Assembly (NCBI GenBank): GCA_021163265.1
Contig: JAGGXC010000023.1
Location: 6,378 to 70,377, forward strand
Direction of reading: 5' to 3'
DNA: 64,000 bases
DNA from: a bacterium
Lineage (GTDB): Bacteria; Patescibacteriota; Minisyncoccia; Minisyncoccales; JAGGXC01
Shown piece by piece: positions 18,109 through 28,270 of this stretch (its first letter is position 1; each line of letters starts with the position of its first letter). The position numbers and the translations under genes were made by a program. The notes under the pieces were generated by a model, which had not been told where the DNA came from, did no database searches, and saw nothing but the letters and a program-made list of their open reading frames with translations.

Positions 18109-18113
18109 AATTT

Positions 18114-18599
18114 CTATAATCTTATATAAGCTGGACCTTCTCTTTTATATTCTTGCTGAATAATCTTTTTGACCTCCTCTATATTTCTTGGGGTATATAT
18201 TTTAATATTGGGCAAAGGTTTAAGAATCTGAACATCCTCATCATCTTCAATATTGTGAGTAAATCCCAGAAATTTATAATACTGGTAACCACCAACCGCT
18301 ATAATCTTTACGTTTGCATTATGATAGCAAACATCGTCTCTTAATTGCTCAAAACATCTCATAATGGCAAAGGGAATAATGCCGTAAACATAAGGCTTTT
18401 TCCCCATTTTTGCCAAACCTGCGGCAACTCCCATATAAGTTTGTTCTGTAATTCCACAGTTAAAGTACTGTTTGGGAAATTTTCTCTCAAATTCTTCAAA
18501 CAAATTAAAACCTGTGTCGTCATTAAGCAACACTATGTCTTTATCGTTATCAGCTATCTTTATTAATTCTTTAACGAAGATCTCTCTTAGCTCTCTCAT
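18114..18599 (-). CDS. Transketolase C-terminal-subunit-like protein. It is truncated: the pyrimidine-binding domain only.
   Basis: GITEQTYMGVAAGLAKMGKKPYVYGI and AVGGYQ motifs of the transketolase Pyr domain. The protein is 161 aa where about 310 aa is usual. Confidence 0.65.
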   Translation of the reverse strand: MRELREIFVKELIKIADNDKDIVLLNDDTGFNLFEEFERKFPKQYFNCGITEQTYMGVAAGLAKMGKKPYVYGIIPFAIMRCFEQLRDDVCYHNANVKIIAVGGYQYYKFLGFTHNIEDDEDVQILKPLPNIKIYTPRNIEEVKKIIQQEYKREGPAYIRL

Positions 18600-19326
18600 A
18601 GAGTTCTGGGGTTAGATTATAATAATGCCATTCGACTTTATTTTCGGCAAAAGAAATACCTTTGCCTTTTATGGTATGACATATAATTATATGAGGCCTG
18701 CCTTTTACCTCTATAGATTCCAGAATAGTTTCCCTCAACTCTTCTGTATTATGACCGTCTACTTCTTTTACATCCCATCCAAACGAATTCCACTTGTCTT
18801 TCAGCGGTTCAAGATTAAGAACCTCATTGGTTCTTCCGAATGCCTGAAGTTTATTATAATCGACAAGTACCATCAGATTATCTAATTTATGATGGGAAGC
18901 AAAAAGCGCGCTCTCCCAAGTAGTCCCACAATCCATTTCGCCATCGGAGAGTAAGACGAAAATCCTTCTTCTTTTATCTGCTAAAGCCATACCAATTGCA
19001 ACAGGTAGTCCGTGACCGGCTGAACCCAATGAGTGTTCAACTCCAGGAACACTATGATGCACAAGTCCCCAATACTTTGAATCAACCTCATAATAATTCT
19101 TATATAAATCGTCCCAATCAATAATCCCCTTCTCTGAAAGCACAGAATACAAAGCTGCTGCCGCCCACCCTTTGCTTAATAAAAATTTATCTTCCTCTCT
19201 CATAATATTAAAATAAAGAACTACCAAAATCTCAATACAGGACATACATGAGCCCAAATGTGCCGCCTTATGTCTGTAAAGCAAATCTATTACTTTTCTT
19301 CTGATTTTTTTGGCTATCTCATTCAT
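18571..19326 (-). CDS. Transketolase N-terminal subunit (ThDP-binding).
   Basis: HLGSCMS, GSAGHGLPVAIGMALA and the GDGEMDCGTTWES-type ThDP motif (SDGEMDCG). Confidence 0.75.
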   Translation of the reverse strand: MNEIAKKIRRKVIDLLYRHKAAHLGSCMSCIEILVVLYFNIMREEDKFLLSKGWAAAALYSVLSEKGIIDWDDLYKNYYEVDSKYWGLVHHSVPGVEHSLGSAGHGLPVAIGMALADKRRRIFVLLSDGEMDCGTTWESALFASHHKLDNLMVLVDYNKLQAFGRTNEVLNLEPLKDKWNSFGWDVKEVDGHNTEELRETILESIEVKGRPHIIICHTIKGKGISFAENKVEWHYYNLTPELYERAKRDLR

Positions 19327-19918
19327 TTTTGAAAATTTTTAGTATTGTTTTTAAAATTAATTTAATATCCAATAGAAGTGATTGCTCTTTTATGTATTTG
19401 AGCTGAAGTTCAATTTTTTTGGGTCTTATCTTCTCTAGATAAGTTTTCTCTGGATCCTTGCTACCTTTCAAAATTTCTCCTTCATGGAAATTCCACAATG
19501 AAGCATAATCTGTCATTCCTGGCCTGACCGACAAAATTTTTTTCTTCTCTTCTTCTGAAAGAAGATCTATGTATTGAGGAACCTCTGGTCTTGGACCCAC
19601 AAGACTCATTTCTCCTTTTAATACATTAATCAGTTGAGGAAGTTCGTCTAACTGATACTTCTTTAAAATCTTTCCTATTCTTGTAAGACGGGGGTCGTCG
19701 GCAGCAGTAGATGGACCCCCTATTTTGTCTGCATTTGGTACCATCGTGCGAAATTTATAGATCCGGAAAGGCTTTCCGTGACGGCCTATCCTTACGCCTT
19801 TATAAAAAACAGGGCCTTTTGAATCTAATTTTACCATTAAACCAATGATAATAAAAACAGGAAATAACAAGACAAGTCCAAGGAAAGAAAATGCAATGTC
19901 AAATAATCTTTTCATCAT
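19319..19918 (-). CDS. Initiating sugar-phosphate transferase (bacterial sugar transferase family, PglC/WbaP C-terminal-domain-like).
   Basis: A single N-terminal transmembrane helix, then KGPVFYKGVRIGRHGKPFRIYKFRTM and DELPQLINVLKGEMSLVGPRPE, the hallmark motifs of small polyprenyl-phosphate phosphoglycosyltransferases. Confidence 0.85.
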   Translation of the reverse strand: MMKRLFDIAFSFLGLVLLFPVFIIIGLMVKLDSKGPVFYKGVRIGRHGKPFRIYKFRTMVPNADKIGGPSTAADDPRLTRIGKILKKYQLDELPQLINVLKGEMSLVGPRPEVPQYIDLLSEEEKKKILSVRPGMTDYASLWNFHEGEILKGSKDPEKTYLEKIRPKKIELQLKYIKEQSLLLDIKLILKTILKIFKNE

Positions 19919-20694
19919 TTTTGAGGCTGAGAGAAAATAAATACGATTTTGAAGGTGTATTTCTTAAAGAAATTAATCCTTAAAATCTTTTTATCAAGGG
20001 CTTCAATCATCTTAAAAAATTTCTTAAAAATCCTCAAGCCAGAAAAAGGAAAAAATATCCAGGAGAAAAGATGAAAGTACCAAACTTTAATTTTGGTAAA
20101 ATATCTTTTAATAAATTCGATATCTTTCCTTTGAATAATATGATCAACTGCCCAAGCAGTTCTTTTGCCTGTAATTTTGTTGATCTTCCTTTTTAAATTT
20201 GCTAAGGGATTATGGCCAAAAGTTTCTATCCCAATCAAAAGACCGTCTTTTTTAAGAATTCTTACTATCTCTGGGATAGCTTTTTTAATATCAAGAGAAG
20301 AGAAAGTTCCTCCATCAAAAACAACGTCAAAAGAATCATCTTCAAAATCCATTTTCTCGCAGTCCATTTTCAAGAACTTTATTTTTCGACGCAATCCGTT
20401 TTTTTGAGCTAACCTTCGAGCAACCTCCAAGGATTTCTCTGATAAATCAATAGCCACTACTTCTCTTGCATACCGTGCCAGAAAAACAGAATGGACACCA
20501 TTACCACATCCATAATCTAAAACTTTTTTGTTTCTACAATATTTTTTCAGTAAACCGTAGCAAAAACACCAACTCTCTAAATTGTTAAATCTAAATCCTT
20601 CGAAATCTCCTTCAATATTCTCAGGAAATTCTCTGATTATCTCTTCCGCTTTTTCATTATAATATTCAATTTCTTTTTGTTTCCTATCTTCCAT
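19915..20694 (-). CDS. Class I SAM-dependent methyltransferase.
   Basis: VLDYGCGNGVHSVFLA (motif I), VVAIDLS and FDVVFDGG. Confidence 0.7.
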   Translation of the reverse strand: MEDRKQKEIEYYNEKAEEIIREFPENIEGDFEGFRFNNLESWCFCYGLLKKYCRNKKVLDYGCGNGVHSVFLARYAREVVAIDLSEKSLEVARRLAQKNGLRRKIKFLKMDCEKMDFEDDSFDVVFDGGTFSSLDIKKAIPEIVRILKKDGLLIGIETFGHNPLANLKRKINKITGKRTAWAVDHIIQRKDIEFIKRYFTKIKVWYFHLFSWIFFPFSGLRIFKKFFKMIEALDKKILRINFFKKYTFKIVFIFSQPQK

Positions 20695-21688
20695 TATCTA
20701 GAAATATCTTTATTATACCCCATAGCGAACCGAAGCCATAACCAAAATGACGACAGAAAAATACCACTGGCATAATGAAGAAGAACTTAATATTTTTTTC
20801 TTTTCTGGCAATCTCCAAAGAAAAATAAAAACTAATTATAAAATAAGAAAAAATTATAAATATAAACAAGTAGAGATTAAATAATAACGAAAATATAATC
20901 GCCAGAACAAAAAAAAGAGGAACTAAATGACGAAAAGACAAAGAAAAAAAACCAAATTTCATTGGATACGTACTCCATATTCCGTCAGTAAAATTATGCC
21001 AAAAGAAATCCCTTAAATTTTCAGAAGAAGGATAATAATAAATTACAATATCAGGAAAAAGCATAATTCTTCCTCCTTGTTTCCTTATCCTCCAATTTAA
21101 CTCAAAATCTTCAATCTTTGCCATTTTTTCGTTATAGAGACCTATTTTTTCAAACATCTTTTTCCAATAACATCCGAAGGCTACCGTATCCACTTCTAAC
21201 GGTTTTTTCGCACCTATCCGAAAATAAGAAGTAGCGCTTCCAAAAAAATGCGATAAAGAGATAGCAATTGCTTTGGAGAAAAAAGTATTTTTGCTAGGAA
21301 TAGTTCTGAGCACTCCTCCTACATTATCAGCACCTGAATCTATAAGATGTTTAACACATTTAAAAATATAATCCTTAGGATAAACGCTATGGGCATCCAT
21401 CTTAATAACAATCTCTCCTCTCGCTTGTTTTATCCCAATATTCATTCCTGCCGGTGTAACTTTCTTCTGATTCATCAAGAATCTGATAAAAGAGTATTTC
21501 CTTTCATAATCTTTTATAATTTCTCTGGTTTTATCCTCTGACATTCCATCTACTACTAACACTTCCAGCTTCTCCTTTGGATAATTCTGATTAATTATCG
21601 AATCAAGACATTTACTAATAAACCTCTCCTCATTTCGACAAGGAACAATGACTGACACAAACGGTAAAGATTTACTCATGGTAAACAC
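20684..21688 (-). CDS. Family 2 glycosyltransferase with a C-terminal membrane segment.
   Basis: VSVIVPCRNEERFISKCLDSIINQNYP, a DxD-like VDGMSED motif, and C-terminal hydrophobic helices. Confidence 0.75.
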   Translation of the reverse strand: MFTMSKSLPFVSVIVPCRNEERFISKCLDSIINQNYPKEKLEVLVVDGMSEDKTREIIKDYERKYSFIRFLMNQKKVTPAGMNIGIKQARGEIVIKMDAHSVYPKDYIFKCVKHLIDSGADNVGGVLRTIPSKNTFFSKAIAISLSHFFGSATSYFRIGAKKPLEVDTVAFGCYWKKMFEKIGLYNEKMAKIEDFELNWRIRKQGGRIMLFPDIVIYYYPSSENLRDFFWHNFTDGIWSTYPMKFGFFSLSFRHLVPLFFVLAIIFSLLFNLYLFIFIIFSYFIISFYFSLEIARKEKNIKFFFIMPVVFFCRHFGYGFGSLWGIIKIFLDNGR

Positions 21689-23030
21689 CTATAGCAAGGT
21701 ATTTTGATCTTTTATTAAATCTTTGAGGATCAAGCATTCTCCAGCAATCAATTATCGTAGAATCCGCTTTAAGCCAATCTGGATCTATTTCTTTGAATTC
21801 CGGCCATGGAGTAACAACCACTATCACATCAGAATCGGTGAGGGCTTCTTGCAAAGAGTTAGCAAAATTGGCTTTTCTCAGCAACTGTCTGGCATTATTC
21901 ATCGCAGCCGGATCATATACAGTTACAGAGATATCTTTTTCCTCGAGCTTTTTTGCTAATTTTATCCCTTGAGATTCTTCAATAACATTGGTATCTGGTT
22001 TATAAGAAAGACCAAGAATGCATACTTTTCCCTGAGGTGGTAAAACATCTAAGATTTTCTTCGCAATTCTATCAGGTTGCATTCTATTAATTTCATCTGT
22101 AGCCTCAGCAATAGGAAGAATAACTTTATAATTCCTCGCAGTATAAATTAGCGCCCGATTATCTCGCGGAAAACATGGACCACCATACCCTGTCGCACCT
22201 TTTAAATATTTATGACCAATTCTCTTATCACATCCTAAAGCATCGGTAACTATATCGACATTACCTCCAGGAATCTTCTCACATAGCTCGGCTATCATAT
22301 TAGCATAAGAAATCTTTGTAGTCACATAAGTATTCAGAGCTATCTTCGTTATCTCAGCATTAGTAATGTTCATTCTCTTAATCGGGGTTCCTTCTGGACA
22401 TATGTTCTTGTAAAAAGCTTCTAAGATATCTCCACTTCTTGATTCTGATTCTCCAATCAAAACGAAATCTGGATTCAAAAGATCTTCGATCACATTTCCC
22501 AAAGCAATGAATTCAGGATTATAACAAAGTCCGAAATCAACTCCACATTTCTTACCTGAATACCCCTCCAATGCTGGCAAAAGATCTTTCTCGGTGGACC
22601 CAGGAGTCACAGTACTTACTAATACAACCACATGAAATTCATTTTTCTCTTTTAAACACTTACCTATTTCTTCTCCTGCTTTTACTACATATTGAGTAGA
22701 AAAATTACCATCTTCTTGACTTGGCGTAGGAACAATAATAAATGTAATATCTGAATTTAAAATAGCCTCACGATAATCTTGAGTAGCCGAAATTCTTTCT
22801 TTATAGGAAAGAAGATATTCTCCTAATTTAGGCTCGAATACAGGCGGTTTAGCTTTATTTATAGATTCCACAAAATCTCCATTAATATCAACACCTATTA
22901 CTTTATAACCTTTTGAAGCATAAGCAGCCACCATAGGCGAACCTAATTTTCCTAAACCTATAATTGATAAGACTGGAAGGTTCATATTAATAAAACAAAA
23001 TTTTAGGAGGAGAGTGTCTTTTATATTCAC
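21672..23030 (-). CDS. Nucleotide-sugar dehydrogenase (UDP-glucose/GDP-mannose dehydrogenase family).
   Basis: LSIIGLGKLGSPMVAAYA (NAD-binding GxGxxG) and the catalytic cysteine region GGPCFPRD (GGxCxxKD-like). The length is typical of UDP-sugar 6-dehydrogenases. Confidence 0.85.
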   Translation of the reverse strand: MNIKDTLLLKFCFINMNLPVLSIIGLGKLGSPMVAAYASKGYKVIGVDINGDFVESINKAKPPVFEPKLGEYLLSYKERISATQDYREAILNSDITFIIVPTPSQEDGNFSTQYVVKAGEEIGKCLKEKNEFHVVVLVSTVTPGSTEKDLLPALEGYSGKKCGVDFGLCYNPEFIALGNVIEDLLNPDFVLIGESESRSGDILEAFYKNICPEGTPIKRMNITNAEITKIALNTYVTTKISYANMIAELCEKIPGGNVDIVTDALGCDKRIGHKYLKGATGYGGPCFPRDNRALIYTARNYKVILPIAEATDEINRMQPDRIAKKILDVLPPQGKVCILGLSYKPDTNVIEESQGIKLAKKLEEKDISVTVYDPAAMNNARQLLRKANFANSLQEALTDSDVIVVVTPWPEFKEIDPDWLKADSTIIDCWRMLDPQRFNKRSKYLAIGVYHE

Positions 23031-23772
23031 TCGATTTAATCCTCTCTAAAACTTTGTCTACTAATTCTTTATTAAGACCTTTTTTTATTATTTGAGAACG
23101 AGAATAACCCTTAATAGTATAAAAATAAATAATAGGGTCTGCCTCTTGATAACTAAAGCCAAGCTCTTTCTCGTCGGTTTGACCTTTCCAAAATCCAGCA
23201 GTCGGTTTTTTCTCTAAGATCCATTGAGGAGCTTCTAAAAATTTAGCTACTTCATAAACATGTGTTTTTAAAAGACCAGCAATAGGACTAATATCACACG
23301 CCTGATCTCCATGCAAAGTAAAATATCCTAGATAATATTCACTTAAGTTCTCTGTTCCGATTACTAACCCGTTAAGTTTTCTAGCTAAAGCATATTGAAT
23401 AATCATTCTTTCTCTTGCCATAACATTTCCTATATCTATTTTGTCCATTTTAATAATTTTATTTAACACTTTCACTGTTCTATCAACTAAAGGTGCGATA
23501 TCAACTGTAATAATATTCTTAGCTGGTAAACCAAGAAACCTTGCCATTTTTTTACCTTCGCACCCTCTTCTACCATATGGTAAAATCACAGCAATAATAT
23601 TTAACCCTGCTCTCTTACATAACAAAGCACAAGTAGCAGAATCAATTCCTCCAGAAAGAGCAAGAATTGCATTTTCTTTATTTCTTACATCGAACTCTTT
23701 TTTTAAGAAATCAATAATTTTTTTAGATGTCTCCGGCAGATCCAATGTTGGTATTTCCATAAGTTTAGACAA
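22987..23772 (-). CDS. PP-loop ATP pyrophosphatase. By length it resembles NH3-dependent NAD+ synthetase (NadE-like), but it may instead be a sugar-acid amidotransferase.
   Basis: LALSGGIDSATCALL is the SGGxDS PP-loop motif. The protein is 261 aa and its C-terminus, YKRHSPPK, resembles that of NadE. Its placement inside the glycan operon next to a sugar dehydrogenase is unusual. Confidence 0.5.
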   Translation of the reverse strand: MSKLMEIPTLDLPETSKKIIDFLKKEFDVRNKENAILALSGGIDSATCALLCKRAGLNIIAVILPYGRRGCEGKKMARFLGLPAKNIITVDIAPLVDRTVKVLNKIIKMDKIDIGNVMARERMIIQYALARKLNGLVIGTENLSEYYLGYFTLHGDQACDISPIAGLLKTHVYEVAKFLEAPQWILEKKPTAGFWKGQTDEKELGFSYQEADPIIYFYTIKGYSRSQIIKKGLNKELVDKVLERIKSSEYKRHSPPKILFY

Positions 23773-24661
23773 TAAATTTAGAAATCTTTCTTTTTAGATA
23801 TATTGCGAACCAAAATGGGAATAAAAATATTTTAACAAATATATTTGCTTTCTCAAAATATTTTATAGAAAAAGAAAAAATACGATATAAAGAAAATTTT
23901 TGTTTTCTTACTCCTGTAGAAGTAAGCTTAAAATCGGAATCTCTGATAGTCAACATATGAGTCTCTCCTCCAGCTAATCTCAAATTCTCCAATGCTTCTT
24001 CTCCCTTCCAGACCCTTTTTTTTCCTTGAGAAAAAGAATAAGAATGATTCTGATGAATCGCCAATACTACACCTGTTGCGTCTACTATCGGAATACCTAA
24101 TTGCCAAGCTTTCCATAAAAGCCAATTATCCCATACTGTTCTACCTATGGCAAAAGACGGGATATCTAAAAAACTTCCTCTTCTAAAAACGAAATAATCG
24201 ATTCCAGATGGGCCCTCGATTTTTCCTTCCTTCTTTACTCTTTCCTTCAAAATATGAAACCATTCCGGATCATCAAAATTTATTTCTTTCTTTACATCAA
24301 GATTCCATCTCTGTCCCACCATTAAAAACTTATCAAAAGTTACTGAGCATGTTTTTACGGCTCTCAAAAAATCTTTAGCTAATATAATATCAGCATTAAC
24401 ATAAACCAATAGATCATATGTAGATAATCTTTGAGCTTTTTCAAATATCTCGTCTAATAAAGGTGTATTAAATCGATTTTTACGGATTTCTGGATACCAA
24501 CGGATATTATAATCTACTGCTATTTCTTTTGTGCCTGCCTCATTACCAAATAAGATTATTTCTTTCTTGCAAGGCAACTTAACCCAACTTTTAATAGCAT
24601 TGGTTTGAATAATTCTAAATGTATTATTAAATGGTTTCGGAATACTAAAAATTGTTAACAT
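23765..24661 (-). CDS. Hypothetical protein, possibly a glycosyltransferase-like nucleotide-diphospho-sugar transferase.
   Basis: It sits inside the glycan operon and has a DxD-like motif (YVNADIIL), but I recognise no robust signature. Confidence 0.35.
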   Translation of the reverse strand: MLTIFSIPKPFNNTFRIIQTNAIKSWVKLPCKKEIILFGNEAGTKEIAVDYNIRWYPEIRKNRFNTPLLDEIFEKAQRLSTYDLLVYVNADIILAKDFLRAVKTCSVTFDKFLMVGQRWNLDVKKEINFDDPEWFHILKERVKKEGKIEGPSGIDYFVFRRGSFLDIPSFAIGRTVWDNWLLWKAWQLGIPIVDATGVVLAIHQNHSYSFSQGKKRVWKGEEALENLRLAGGETHMLTIRDSDFKLTSTGVRKQKFSLYRIFSFSIKYFEKANIFVKIFLFPFWFAIYLKRKISKFIV

Positions 24662-24662
24662 T

Positions 24663-25577
24663 CTATCTCTTTAGAATATTACATAACTTACGCCTTAAGG
24701 GTAGCGTGGATCTCGAAATAACATAAGGAAGATTCAAAGGATCGACCAATGCAGCTCTAAATACATACAAAATAGCTAAAGGCCAAGCATGAATTCCGCA
24801 TAAATAAGCATAATTTGCTCCCCGTAAGTAAGAATTGCTTATTGCCCTTCTTTTCTTTCTTTTGATTTTTAAAGGAATGCCAGATAAACTAAAAAATTTT
24901 TTCGTCACTTGCACACACGACGGAACAATGGTTTTGGCCTCAAAACTTATTCCTCTAATATTTCTTTCATAAGCTAATATACATGGAATATGTTTAATAT
25001 TTCCTACAAGCCCTATCCTTAACCATAACTCATGATCCTTTTTCTGAACAAAATTTTCATCCAACCATCCTACTTTCTCCAGTATCCTCCGTCGAATAAA
25101 GGCAGCCGGTTGAGGAATACAATAATCACAATATTCTACTGCATATTCTAAATCCCATTCGTGATAATAACTTAATCCATCCTGAATATTCCCTTTCCTA
25201 TCAATTATTCCACAATTACCGTACAACACATCAGCTTCAGGATAAAGCTTAAAATAATTCACCACTTGACTCACAGCATTAGGAACTTTCCATACATCAT
25301 CTACATTTAACCATGATAAAATATCTCCTTTGCTCATTTTCCATCCTTTATTAATAGCATTTGCATGACCTTCATCAGGCTCAGAAATCCATTTTATCCT
25401 TTCTCCGTAACTTTCTAATATTTTCAAAGATCCATCTCGGGACCCACCGTCTACCACTATACATTCTATATGAGGATAATCTTGATTTAAAACGCTCTCA
25501 ATAGTAGCTTCTAAAAATTCTGCCCTATTTAAAGAAGGAATAACAACAGAAACTAATGGATTATCGTTCTCCGACAT
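24663..25577 (-). CDS. Family 2 glycosyltransferase.
   Basis: VSVVIPSLNRAEFLEATIESVLNQDYPHIECIVVDGGSRDGS and the WLNVDD (DxD) motif. Confidence 0.75.
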   Translation of the reverse strand: MSENDNPLVSVVIPSLNRAEFLEATIESVLNQDYPHIECIVVDGGSRDGSLKILESYGERIKWISEPDEGHANAINKGWKMSKGDILSWLNVDDVWKVPNAVSQVVNYFKLYPEADVLYGNCGIIDRKGNIQDGLSYYHEWDLEYAVEYCDYCIPQPAAFIRRRILEKVGWLDENFVQKKDHELWLRIGLVGNIKHIPCILAYERNIRGISFEAKTIVPSCVQVTKKFFSLSGIPLKIKRKKRRAISNSYLRGANYAYLCGIHAWPLAILYVFRAALVDPLNLPYVISRSTLPLRRKLCNILKR

Positions 25578-27312
25578 ACATTTTTTTTATTTGTTTTGTC
25601 TTTGAAGAATGTATAGCTATTATGTTCTCTGACTCATAATAACGTTTGAATTGTGTCTTTTTTATCCACTTTGTAGTACTGTCAAAAGTATAGAAACAAT
25701 AACCAAGATCCTCAAGAAAATCCCATACTTCCTTAGAGCTTGATCCTTGCTTAGAAAGAGTAAGATCTGACAGCTCAAACAATATAACAGGAGTATATTT
25801 TCTAATGCATCGTCTCCCTCCTTGAAGAACTTTCAATTCAGCACCTTCTACATCTATCTTAATACAATCCAGTCTTCTTAGATTAAATTTTTCCAAAAAT
25901 TCATCAAGAGTAATAGCATTTACCTCTCTTATCTCTTTTAACCGAGTAGCTTTATAAACAAAACTTCCCAAGGTGTTATGTCCTTCATGACCTTCTTCTG
26001 CAATTTTTAATTTTTCTTTGCCTATCTTATCTACCACCACTCCTTCATAAATCTTTATGTTAGAAAAATTATTAAGAGAAATGTTTTCTCTAAAATGTCT
26101 CAGCTCGCGAGGACTAGGTTCAGCAGCTATAACTAGACCTTCATCTCCGACTTTTTTCGAAGCAAACAAAGAATAAAGTCCTGTATTTGCTCCTATATCT
26201 ACAAACACCATCCCTTTCTTAAGAAAATTATCTAAGAAATAAAACTGGTTAGGCTCATACATGCCTTCAATATAAATACAGCGGTCAATTTCATTCTTAG
26301 AATACAAAGAAATCTTAATATCTTTGTCCCAACTGACGATCATTCTTCTCCGAGCTTTAGCACTAAATATTTCCCACATCAGATTAAGGAAAACTCTGTA
26401 AAAATTTTCTTTACTCCCTGCTCCCATTACCCAATTCGGAAAAAACCGAGTTGGCTGACGCCGGTAGAATAAAGGTAATATTTTTATCAATAAAATGTCC
26501 GGTATTATCTTTCCTAAGGAACTGGCGAAGTTTTTAATCTTATGCTTAATAAAGCTTTTCAAGCCTTCTTCGTTTTTAAAATGAATTTCATTATTTACTA
26601 ATTTTAAATTCGGATTAAACAACTCAAATTTAGAAGCTATAAAAATTTGTCTTATAGGATGACCGTTGCGTTGAATAGAAAAATCTCCTCTGTATTTAAA
26701 ATGAAAATCAGGATGATTTGGTGTTTTCTTAGGATAATATATATATTTAAAACCGGATTTTATCAAATTAAGTATTATATATGAAGGAGTAGGTCGAGAT
26801 CCTATTCCGTAAAGTGACTGACTAAAATCATCCGTTTCTTGAACCAATCTAAGAGCAGGATAAGGATAATCAGCGATACACGTCTCTAGAATTAAAAGTT
26901 CTCGACAAACAGAACTAATATTTTCTAAAACTACAGCTGGTTTCGAACAATGATACAAAAGACCGTAGCAGAAAACTATATCAAATTTCCCAAATTTTGA
27001 AAGATTTTCTTCTTCTACGTTTACTACCCTACTTTCTAAACCAGAATAAAGTGATCTTAGTTTCTGAATATTTTCTTCCCGACCATCCACACAGAAAACT
27101 TTACAATTCTTTTTAAGAAAAAACTGGGCTAGATGTCCGACACCGCATCCTACGTCAATAACGGTTTTCTTCTCAAGGTCTAATCCAAGAGAATCAAGAT
27201 GTTCTAATCTTGCTCTATTAATCGAAAAGGCTTCTAACTTATCGAAAGTCTGAGTTCCTATTGATATTTCTTTTGAGATTTCCTTTTTCTTCTTAGAATA
27301 AGCAAATATCAT
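25561..27312 (-). CDS. Two-domain methyltransferase: an N-terminal class I SAM methyltransferase fused to a C-terminal FkbM-family methyltransferase.
   Basis: VIDVGCGVGHLAQF (motif I) in the N-terminal domain. VFVDIGANTGLYSLFAS..VIAAEPSP in the C-terminal domain matches the FkbM signature. Confidence 0.65.
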   Translation of the reverse strand: MIFAYSKKKKEISKEISIGTQTFDKLEAFSINRARLEHLDSLGLDLEKKTVIDVGCGVGHLAQFFLKKNCKVFCVDGREENIQKLRSLYSGLESRVVNVEEENLSKFGKFDIVFCYGLLYHCSKPAVVLENISSVCRELLILETCIADYPYPALRLVQETDDFSQSLYGIGSRPTPSYIILNLIKSGFKYIYYPKKTPNHPDFHFKYRGDFSIQRNGHPIRQIFIASKFELFNPNLKLVNNEIHFKNEEGLKSFIKHKIKNFASSLGKIIPDILLIKILPLFYRRQPTRFFPNWVMGAGSKENFYRVFLNLMWEIFSAKARRRMIVSWDKDIKISLYSKNEIDRCIYIEGMYEPNQFYFLDNFLKKGMVFVDIGANTGLYSLFASKKVGDEGLVIAAEPSPRELRHFRENISLNNFSNIKIYEGVVVDKIGKEKLKIAEEGHEGHNTLGSFVYKATRLKEIREVNAITLDEFLEKFNLRRLDCIKIDVEGAELKVLQGGRRCIRKYTPVILFELSDLTLSKQGSSSKEVWDFLEDLGYCFYTFDSTTKWIKKTQFKRYYESENIIAIHSSKTKQIKKMYVGER

Positions 27313-27345
27313 ATCATATAAAATAACAAATGAAGTAGTTAGAAA

Positions 27346-28269
27346 TTAATAATCTCCATACCATTCCCTCATTTTTTCTCCACAGATAGTATCAAATATA
27401 AATCTCTGCTCCTCTGACCACTCGCTGGTATAAACTTTATAAGGATTATATTCTTGAGTATCCACATGTCGATTGATACGCTGATTCATCATTCTTTCCA
27501 GAGTATTATAAGGCACATCAGATAAACCAGTAATTTCATAAAACATCTGTACTGCTTTTCGAGGATCATTAAAATCTTCTATTCGAAAAGTCTTAACAGT
27601 AGGAGCTTCAATATACTCAAGCCAGTGATAACAACAGAAAATAAAAGTTTTAAACTTATCTTCAATTTCTGAAAGTTGGGGAAACCTCTTAACAGCTTTT
27701 TTCACTGAAGGATCTATTAAAATCCTTAGTTGCTTGGGTAGATTTTTTTTAGGTAGTTGAGAACGAACATATAAGATACCATTTCTAGTCAAACCAAACA
27801 CCTTAAAACGTTGATTGACTTCGGGCATTCTAACCATCTCCGGCGTAATACTACCAATATCTCCTATTGCTTTATAAATCTTGTGATAATGATTCTGAAG
27901 CACTAAAGAATAAATCCATGCTAAACAATCTTCTTCAGTGACTCTCCAATAAGGAAAAGGAAATACTTTTTGAAGTGCTCCTTCATGAAAACACAAAACA
28001 TCGGGATGACTATTAAGGAGTTTTGTCAACCATAAACTCCCGCAGTGTCCTGGTCTAATTATAACAAAATAACGAGGTTCATCGGGTTTCGGTAAGAGAG
28101 CAAAGCTCAATTTCACCGACTCCATTTCTTTTCTCAATCGTTCTACTATATCAAACTGACGTCTAATTTGTCTCTTTATTCTATAAATATGTAATAAAAG
28201 TTTCTTACTTTCCGGAAGTTGCATCCTAACCAAGAAACTTTTTAGTTGTTTTTTAAGACTATCAATCAT
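27346..28269 (-). CDS. Sulfotransferase-like protein (tentative).
   Basis: IIRPGHCGSLWLTKLL resembles a 5'-PSB loop (PKxGTTW-like). The size and the context, next to a clear sulfotransferase and PAPS-synthesis genes, support the call. Sequence evidence is weak. Confidence 0.4.
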   Translation of the reverse strand: MIDSLKKQLKSFLVRMQLPESKKLLLHIYRIKRQIRRQFDIVERLRKEMESVKLSFALLPKPDEPRYFVIIRPGHCGSLWLTKLLNSHPDVLCFHEGALQKVFPFPYWRVTEEDCLAWIYSLVLQNHYHKIYKAIGDIGSITPEMVRMPEVNQRFKVFGLTRNGILYVRSQLPKKNLPKQLRILIDPSVKKAVKRFPQLSEIEDKFKTFIFCCYHWLEYIEAPTVKTFRIEDFNDPRKAVQMFYEITGLSDVPYNTLERMMNQRINRHVDTQEYNPYKVYTSEWSEEQRFIFDTICGEKMREWYGDY

Positions 28270-28270
28270 A

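Noticed and set aside
23928-24186. Small ORFs on both strands inside the 298-aa gene (23928-24125 minus, 23992-24186 plus).
   Set aside because: They are nested within or antisense to a longer ORF that is consistent with the operon. They have no ribosome-binding sites and no conserved motifs.
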